Shown here in pieces: positions 1-4,863 of a stretch of DNA of 20,000 nucleotides (positions are counted from its first letter, which is position 1; each line of letters begins with the position of its first letter). The stretch lies in the IMG/VR virus record IMGVR_UViG_2061766007_000545, one strand, 5' to 3'. The notes under the pieces were generated by a model. That model saw nothing but the letters and a program-made list of their open reading frames with translations. It made no database searches and was not told the origin of the DNA. This stretch comes from an uncultured virus (IMG/VR IMGVR_UViG_2061766007_000545) (lineage: Duplodnaviria; Heunggongvirae; Uroviricota; Caudoviricetes). A program made the translations under genes and the position numbers.

Positions 1-1
1 A

Positions 2-139
2 CAGGTTTTTGTAACAGATGGCGGTAAGCTTGAAGCTTTTTGGAAGGTATATGACGAAGCTGGCATAATGGGTGATGAGACAAGACTTGAGATTACCTTA
101 ACGTCTAGTTCTCCTATTACTCCAATAGAAGATTTTTGA
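2..139 (+). CDS. 3' end of a hypothetical protein (5'-truncated by window)
   Basis: Open frame QVFVTDGGKLEAFWKVYDEAGIMGDETRLEITLTSSSPITPIEDF ending TGA at 137-139. Confidence 0.7.
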   Translation, partial: QVFVTDGGKLEAFWKVYDEAGIMGDETRLEITLTSSSPITPIEDF

Positions 140-164
140 TTTTTCTTAAAATTTTTGATATAAT
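136..164 (+). promoter_or_regulatory. sigma70/sigmaA-type promoter driving first tRNA/ncRNA block
   Basis: TTGATT-17 nt-TATAAT with extended -10 TG; same architecture recurs five more times. Confidence 0.85.
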
Positions 165-204
165 ATATATAGAAAAGTTGAGAGAGAAATAAAAAAGTTT
201 ATAA

Positions 205-320
205 AAGTTATAGCCTCTGTGACAATTTAGGGTGCTTACGCTATAACTTCTTAAGCGCAAACCTCAAGTTATGCCTAATCTGCTGCTATCGCGCTATATA
301 AACTGAGCAGGAAAAGGCAA
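205..320 (+). ncRNA. candidate structured leader RNA with pseudoknot
   Basis: 10-bp stem AAGTTATAGC(205-214)/GCTATAACTT(240-249); loop GTGCTTA(232-238) can pair with TAAGCGC(252-258); second hairpin TGCCT..CTGCT/AGCAG..AGGCA. Confidence 0.4.
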
Positions 321-323
321 TTC

Positions 324-396
324 GGTTCTATAGTTTAGTTGGTTAAAATACGGCGCTGTCAACGCCGAGTCATGGGTTCAATCCCCATTGGAACCG
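324..396 (+). tRNA. tRNA-Asp(GTC)
   Basis: Acceptor GGTTCTA/TGGAACC, anticodon arm CGGCG-ctGTCaa-CGCCG, T loop TTCAATC, G73. Confidence 0.95.
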
Positions 397-623
397 CGCC
401 CATAGTGGATAGACGGGTTCAGAGATGCCTTAAGGTGTAACTCTATAAAAATACCTTTATTGCAAGGATAACTAGTGCCACCTAGGAAACCTTAGCCGGA
501 GTCAAAACAGGGTTTTTCTCCTTATTAATTCAAGGGCGTACGACGCTGAGAGTGAATTAAGTTAAAGGAGGTTTTCTGATGGCAGCGACTTACGACAACA
601 AAAACAGGCAGAGAAAACTTTTG

Positions 624-697
624 GGGGGTTTAGCTCAGTTGGTTAGAGCGCTTGACTGTTAATCAAGATGTCCTAGGTTCGAGTCCTAGAATCCCCG
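624..697 (+). tRNA. tRNA-Asn(GTT)
   Basis: Acceptor GGGGGTT/AATCCCC, CTTGA-ctGTTaa-TCAAG, TTCGAGT, G73. Confidence 0.96.
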
Positions 698-758
698 TTG
701 AACAAAAACCTCCTAAAGGTTTTTACTAGTAATGTGCTTGCACTACCCTAGGTTTTTT

Positions 759-953
759 GTGAAGGTTGGCGGAGTATGTAGGTGTACGCAGTATAAATTC
801 ATAGTAATTGGATTCTAAAAAGAATTGGGCGCCACGTGGGTGGCTCGGAGAAAGTTAGGACTTCTCTCAATCAACTCTACGGGACTATGATACCTCTCTA
901 TAATGAATACCCGAACCAAGAGGGAGTCGATTAACTCCAACTCTTGCCTTCAC
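759..953 (+). ncRNA. unnamed ~195-nt structured RNA
   Basis: Ends pair GTGAAGG/CCTTCAC; internal TCATAGT/ACTATGA domain with three hairpins; 3' hairpin CAAGAG-GGAGT/ACTCC-CTCTTG; no ORF. Confidence 0.5.
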
Positions 954-956
954 TAT

Positions 957-1028
957 GCACCCATCGTCGAATAGGCAAGACTACTGACTTGTAATCAGTG
1001 TATGGCGGTTCGAGTCCGTCTGGGTGCT
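957..1028 (+). tRNA. tRNA-Thr(TGT)
   Basis: Acceptor GCACCCA/TGGGTGC, ACTGA-ctTGTaa-TCAGT, TTCGAGT. Confidence 0.95.
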
Positions 1029-1035
1029 CTCCCAC

Positions 1036-1392
1036 CACTCGATACTAGTAGGAAAACCGAAGCTTTATTTCGAGTTAATGTGACTCTAGTGGAATCTTAG
1101 GAAAGTCGAGGAACTCGAGGGATATACCCTCCAAGAAGGGTTGAGCCTTCAGCACAGGGGTTTAAGGTCGAAGTGACAATAGTCATATGGTAAGAACCAG
1201 GCATGTAAATGTGCGTTAGTGCGAAAAACCTTAAAGAACCTAACACGCCTCTCAACGATGCGGACCACGTTAGGTCTGGGAATACTGAAAAACGAGAGCA
1301 GTGAGCACACACAGGAATCTCACGCCGTACTAGTCTCCGGTACACGACTATGAGGTGGTAATAGTCCCTCGTCACGATGTGTAGGTATTCCC
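1036..1392 (+). ncRNA. unnamed multibranch structured RNA(s) between tRNA-Thr and tRNA-Glu
   Basis: Nested stems GTTGAG(1140)/CTCAAC(1251), TTTAAGGT(1161)/ACCTTAAA(1228), GGGAATAC(1278)/GTATTCCC(1385) each enclosing short hairpins; GC-richer than coding DNA; no credible ORF. Confidence 0.5.
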
Positions 1393-1399
1393 GTAATTT

Positions 1400-1472
1400 G
1401 TCGCCTTCGTCTAATTGGCTAGGACAGCGCCCTTTCACGGCGCAAACGTGGGTTCAAACCCCATAGGCGGTA
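1400..1472 (+). tRNA. tRNA-Glu(TTC)
   Basis: Acceptor GTCGCCT/AGGCGGT (two G-U), GCGCC-ctTTCac-GGCGC, TTCAAAC. Confidence 0.93.
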
Positions 1473-1475
1473 TAT

Positions 1476-1830
1476 TGGGTAGAAAGATAAACTACCCCTC
1501 CCTTCCGAGGGAAAAGGTCCCTGACATCTTTAAGAGTCGACACTTGAAAGGTGCATACCAAACTTCTTATAATGGGCAAGCGATAGTCCCATATCGTTAA
1601 CGCTTCTAACACGGAAGTAAAAATAGGTAGTTGCTCGTAAGGCAAGCTTCGACAGAAAGGCTGACATGAGGACTCCGCGGATGTCGTGCCGCGGTATAGA
1701 AATGGTTGGACAGTTCTACTAGGGATGACAACTAAAGTAGCAGTATGGAGCATTCTATGTAATGCGGTTGAAATGCTGAAGTAGTTTGCGGTGGTTTTGG
1801 GGCGACATTTATCCACTTGTCAAAAAGAAA
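1476..1830 (+). ncRNA. unnamed ~350-nt structured RNA between tRNA-Glu and tRNA-Pro
   Basis: Nested GTCCCT(1517)/AGGGAT(1721), GAGTC(1534)/GACTC(1671), hairpins GGGTAG/CTACCC, ATGGG/CCCAT, CCGCGG/CCGCGG, TAGAA/TTCTA, AGCATT/AATGCT; boundaries approximate. Confidence 0.45.
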
Positions 1831-1842
1831 GAGCGTTCATCA

Positions 1843-1916
1843 CGAGGGATACGTCAATTGGCTAGACGGCGTGCGTTGGATGCACGAGGTTGCGGGTTCG
1901 AATCCTGCTCCTTCGA
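1843..1916 (+). tRNA. tRNA-Pro(TGG)
   Basis: Acceptor CGAGGGA/TCCTTCG, CGTGC-gtTGGat-GCACG, TTCGAAT, A73. Confidence 0.93.
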
Positions 1917-1925
1917 CTCGAAAAT

Positions 1926-1954
1926 TTGAAAATTTTCGGAATTTTTGGTATACT
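1926..1954 (+). promoter_or_regulatory. sigma70/sigmaA-type promoter
   Basis: TTGAAA-17 nt-TATACT with extended -10 TG. Confidence 0.8.
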
Positions 1955-1978
1955 ATATTTACAAAAGTTAAGAAATAT

Positions 1979-2049
1979 CGCGCTGTGATGTAATGGAAGC
2001 ATACTAGCCTCATACACTAGAAATACGGGTTCAAGTCCCGTTGGCGCAA
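1979..2049 (+). tRNA. tRNA-Met(CAT), initiator-like acceptor stem
   Basis: Acceptor CGCGCTG/TGGCGCA with C1xA72 mismatch, CTAGC-ctCATac-ACTAG, TTCAAGT. Confidence 0.85.
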
Positions 2050-2096
2050 GTCCATTATCTATAGGTGGCGCTGAATACATAAGAAAGGAAAAAGAA

Positions 2097-2453
2097 ATGG
2101 GATATTATACTGATTATTCACTTAAGGTTTATAATGAGAAAGGTCAGTTAATCGATTCAGAAGATAAGGAATTCGAAGAAGTACGTAGAGTCTTTTCTGA
2201 AAAGGTTGAATGGATAGATTCTGATGACCTTAATGCTCTTAATACTGAACACGGAGTTAATTGGAAGTGGTATTCTGCGCGAAGAGATATTGAAGAAATC
2301 GCAAAAGAACTTCCTTCTTATTACTTTATTCTCGAAGGACAGGGAGAAGAGAATGGAGATTGGTGGACTCTTGCTCTTCATGGAACACAAATTTATGAAG
2401 ACGAAGTAGTTGCACCCGCAAATCATTTTGATGATTTTTGGGTTGCTTATTAA
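2097..2453 (+). CDS. acidic phage hypothetical protein embedded in tRNA array
   Basis: 118-aa ORF with RBS AAAGGA; starts MGYYTDYSL, contains WKWY and LEGQGEENGDWW. Confidence 0.88.
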   Translation: MGYYTDYSLKVYNEKGQLIDSEDKEFEEVRRVFSEKVEWIDSDDLNALNTEHGVNWKWYSARRDIEEIAKELPSYYFILEGQGEENGDWWTLALHGTQIYEDEVVAPANHFDDFWVAY

Positions 2454-2530
2454 GTCCTCGTACGCCAATAGGAACCAGACGGCTTGACTACGAATCAACG
2501 CAGATGTGGGTTCGAATCCCTCCGAGGACA
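2454..2530 (+). tRNA. tRNA-Arg(ACG)
   Basis: Acceptor GTCCTCG/CGAGGAC, TTGA-ctACGaa-TCAA, TTCGAAT; single mismatches in D, anticodon and T stems. Confidence 0.88.
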
Positions 2531-2533
2531 TAT

Positions 2534-2619
2534 GCCGCAGTACCTTAGTGGGGAGGAGGGACGGTCTTGAAAACCGTTGACCTTCACGGGTCTGTTAGGT
2601 TCGAATCCTACCTGCGGCG
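2534..2619 (+). tRNA. tRNA-Ser(TGA)
   Basis: Acceptor GCCGCAG/CTGCGGC, ACGGT-ctTGAaa-ACCGT, long variable arm GACC/GGTC, G73. Confidence 0.93.
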
Positions 2620-2623
2620 CTCT

Positions 2624-2712
2624 GTTTGGGTGGCAGAGTCTGGTCGAATGCGGTGGATTGCTAATCCATTGAACATTAAATTGTTCCGAAGGTTCGAATC
2701 CTTTCCCAAACG
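2624..2712 (+). tRNA. tRNA-Ser(GCT)
   Basis: Acceptor GTTTGGG/CCCAAAC, GTGGA-ttGCTaa-TCCAT, long variable arm GAACA/TGTTC, G73. Confidence 0.93.
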
Positions 2713-2784
2713 TTTAAACTAATTTAAAGGAGAACTATGATGAAGCGAAAACATATTCACAAATTAAAATCGAAGAAAATTTAC

Positions 2785-2856
2785 GCGTCCGTGGCAGACA
2801 AGTAATGCACACGACTTTTAATCGTGGATATGTGGGGGCAGTACCCATCGGGCGCA
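2785..2856 (+). tRNA. tRNA-Lys(TTT) with non-canonical D and T loops
   Basis: Acceptor GCGTCCG/CGGGCGC, CACGA-ctTTTaa-TCGTG, T stem GTGGG/CCCAT but loop GGCAGTA. Confidence 0.85.
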
Positions 2857-2860
2857 CTAT

Positions 2861-2934
2861 ACCGATGTAGTTTAACTGGCAAAATAGCTGACTCTTAATC
2901 AGTAAGACTGTGGGTTCAACTCCCACCATCGGTA
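2861..2934 (+). tRNA. tRNA-Lys(CTT)
   Basis: Acceptor ACCGATG/CATCGGT, GCTGA-ctCTTaa-TCAGT, TTCAACT. Confidence 0.94.
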
Positions 2935-2936
2935 CT

Positions 2937-3008
2937 GTGGGAGTGGCAGATAGGTAATGCGCTAGATTGTGGCTCTAGTTTATGCGGGTTCAAATCCCGT
3001 CTCTCACC
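2937..3008 (+). tRNA. tRNA-His(GTG)
   Basis: Acceptor GTGGGAG/CTCTCAC, CTAGA-ttGTGgc-TCTAG, TTCAAAT, C73. Confidence 0.94.
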
Positions 3009-3011
3009 TAT

Positions 3012-3086
3012 ACGAGCATAACTCAGTAGGTAGAGTGTCCGTCTGATACGCGGGAAGTCGGTTGGGTTCAAATCCCCCTGCTCGTA
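3012..3086 (+). tRNA. tRNA-Ile(GAT)
   Basis: Acceptor ACGAGCA/TGCTCGT, TCCGT-ctGATac-GCGGG, TTCAAAT; T stem has 2-nt bulge. Confidence 0.88.
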
Positions 3087-3098
3087 CTTACCGAAAAT

Positions 3099-3127
3099 TT
3101 GATTTTTTCTTAAATTTTTGGTATAAT
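3099..3127 (+). promoter_or_regulatory. sigma70/sigmaA-type promoter upstream of the large ncRNA
   Basis: TTGATT-17 nt-TATAAT with extended -10 TG. Confidence 0.87.
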
Positions 3128-3157
3128 ATATGTATAGAAAATAAGAAAAGAACTTTG

Positions 3158-3752
3158 AAAACTTTATAAAAAGCGTGTTGCAACCTTGTGAAGAGCGTCT
3201 AACCAACGCTGCAAGGGCGCCTCGGAACAGCTGAGGAGTCGTCAGAAGGATACTTCAAAACGGCTCAACTTTCACAGAAATCGAAAGACGAAGTGAGAAG
3301 GAGTAAAACTCCAACAGAGAAGAGGTGGCGCAAGGGCAATATGATTATAAGACACGATTCCGGTTTTCCCAACAATAGACGCCTCGGTGAGGAATAACCC
3401 TATAGACCACATCCGCAAGATGTGAGCCAATGTAGGGAATGCAAAAGCAATGGGAATGCCTCGACACTACGTCAGAAATGGCGTAGAACCGGTTTGCGGT
3501 ACGAGTAGCCTAAGAGGCGTAATATTTCTAAAATAGTTGACATTAATTATTGGGCAAATGTTATTAATCTGAATGGTTGGTGAAAGTTAGGGGTACATGA
3601 ATCCCCTTCGAGACAGTGGTTCCGAAAGGAACTGGGGTAAGAAGTTATACGGCGACGGCTGTATGGCTCAGACTTATCTCCTCGGTGGTCGAATAATAAA
3701 GGTTATTGAGGGAGTATAGCGAAGGCTAGCAATATACTTTTTATAAAGTTTT
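3158..3752 (+). ncRNA. large ornate ncRNA, ROOL-like (GOLLD as alternative)
   Basis: Perfect 16-bp terminal stem AAAACTTTATAAAAAG/CTTTTTATAAAGTTTT enclosing ~560 nt of ORF-free hairpins, several with GNRA loops; own promoter; inside phage tRNA array. Family assignment is from size and context only. Confidence 0.65.
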
Positions 3753-3819
3753 TAAAGAAAAGAAAAGGAGTTAAGTTATGATGAGACGATGGTGTATGGA
3801 GCAGCACATTAAGTAATAT

Positions 3820-3890
3820 GCGGCTCTAGTGTAATGGTAACATGGCGGTCTCCAAAACCGCAGATTAGGGTTCAACTCCCTAGAGTCGTG
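3820..3890 (+). tRNA. tRNA-Trp(CCA)
   Basis: Acceptor GCGGCTC/GAGTCGT, GCGGT-ctCCAaa-ACCGC, TTCAACT, G73. Confidence 0.94.
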
Positions 3891-3894
3891 CTTC

Positions 3895-3968
3895 GGCATT
3901 GTACTCAAGTGGATTAAGAGGCGGGGCTGCAACCTCCGTAGTCGTTGGTTCGAATCCAACCAATGCCT
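3895..3968 (+). tRNA. tRNA-Cys(GCA)
   Basis: Acceptor GGCATTG/CAATGCC, CGGGG-ctGCAac-CTCCG, TTCGAAT, U73. Confidence 0.95.
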
Positions 3969-3982
3969 CTTTAATAATATAT

Positions 3983-4055
3983 GCCCCGATAGTCGAACGG
4001 CATAGACGCTTGTCTTAGGAACAAGTATTTGGGGGTTCAAATCCCTCTCGGGGTA
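3983..4055 (+). tRNA. tRNA-Leu(TAG) with short variable loop
   Basis: Acceptor GCCCCGA/TCGGGGT, CTTGT-ctTAGga-ACAAG, 5-nt variable loop TATTT, TTCAAAT, A73. Confidence 0.9.
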
Positions 4056-4180
4056 CGCCGCGGTAACAAAGGTATATACCTAGGGGTAAAGAGAATAGAG
4101 ATAGTATGGGACGCTCGAGGGACTAACCTCGTTCTGCGCTTTGCCAGAGAATTTAAAGTGCGCAACCCATGCCCCGGCGT
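4056..4180 (+). ncRNA. unnamed ~125-nt structured RNA
   Basis: CGCCG/CGGCG end pairing; GTATGGG(4104)/CCCATGC(4166) closing CGAGG/CCTCG and GCGCTTT/AAAGTGC hairpins. Confidence 0.5.
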
Positions 4181-4222
4181 TTTTGTAGTGGCGCTCGAAG
4201 TAATACACTACGATAGAAGGTT

Positions 4223-4289
4223 AGTCTTATGGTCTAATTGGACAAGGACGCGCAAAAGCGAGGTAGGGGTTCGATTCCCTTTAAGACAA
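4223..4289 (+). ncRNA. tRNA-like RNA with anticodon arm reduced to a 3-bp tetraloop hairpin
   Basis: GTCTTA/TAAGAC acceptor, D arm GTC..TGG..GAC, CGC-AAAA-GCG, T arm AGGGG-TTCGATT-CCCTT. Confidence 0.8.
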
Positions 4290-4315
4290 TTTATTTTATT
4301 TTGGAGGAAAAGAAA

Positions 4316-4651
4316 ATGCCGTTTTCATTTACTACTACAAATTTACTAGATGATATCTTTCTTTCTGCTGATTGTAGACTTGTTGTTCGATCTCAATCTC
4401 GTGTTGAACGATTTAAAAATCTTGTAAAGGTTGTGTTTAAGAATAAGGATAAAAGAATTTTTGGAGTAAAGCTTTCTAATGGCGAAGTAATTACTGTTAA
4501 GTGTGCCGAGAATGATACTTGGGATGAAGAGAAGGCATTGCTTGCATGCTTCGCAAAGTGGGAAGCCGGTAATAATGGTACATTCAATAAGCTCTTTAGC
4601 TTACTTGATAATGTAGTAGATACTTCGAAAGGACAAAAGAAAAATGACTAA
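4316..4651 (+). CDS. phage hypothetical protein
   Basis: RBS GGAGG then ATG 4316 (true start; track start 4238 lies in the tRNA-like gene); VKCAENDTWDEEKALLACFAK segment. Confidence 0.85.
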   Translation: MPFSFTTTNLLDDIFLSADCRLVVRSQSRVERFKNLVKVVFKNKDKRIFGVKLSNGEVITVKCAENDTWDEEKALLACFAKWEAGNNGTFNKLFSLLDNVVDTSKGQKKND

Positions 4652-4778
4652 TAAAGATAAATATAATCTGATGTTCGCGCGCTATGTAACTTTGAGCGAA
4701 AAGCCGAAAAACATTAAGTCAGGTGGAGTACTACGGAAGCTGCGCCGTAAGCTGCGCGCAATGAAAAAAGACAATTAA
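4644..4778 (+). CDS. small basic protein (44 aa)
   Basis: MTNKDKYNLMFARYVTLSEKPKNIKSGGVLRKLRRKLRAMKKDN; overlaps stop of upstream gene; followed by terminator. Confidence 0.7.
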   Translation: MTNKDKYNLMFARYVTLSEKPKNIKSGGVLRKLRRKLRAMKKDN

Positions 4779-4811
4779 CTAATTTTTGTTTCCTGTTTTT
4801 CTTTTCTTATC

Positions 4812-4845
4812 GGGGTTACTCGATAGAGTAACCCCACCTCTTTTT
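4812..4845 (+). terminator. intrinsic terminator
   Basis: GGGGTTACTC-GATA-GAGTAACCCC hairpin followed by pyrimidine/T run. Confidence 0.7.
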
Positions 4846-4863
4846 CTTAGAAAGGATTCGCTT

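Noticed and set aside
1090..1400. RNase P RNA (AGGAAAGTC at ~1099)
   Set aside because: Only a partial CR-I-like string; no recognisable matching CR-V/P4 partner or other conserved regions. A cmsearch is needed to exclude it fully.
397..1842. tmRNA
   Set aside because: No GGGG 5' end paired with a T-arm/CCA 3' end and no convincing tag frame ending in AA-stop.
397..4180. Theta (HDV-like) ribozymes at tRNA 3' ends
   Set aside because: I could not build the nested double pseudoknot starting at any tRNA 3' end by eye; not formally excluded.
1097..4349. Track ORFs overlapping tRNA/ncRNA genes (e.g. 1097-1438, 1415-1600, 1454-1816, 1862-2080, 2735-2929, 2916-3206, 3771-4040, 4029-4349)
   Set aside because: They are read-throughs of tRNA sequences or their antisense, with no RBS and atypical composition.
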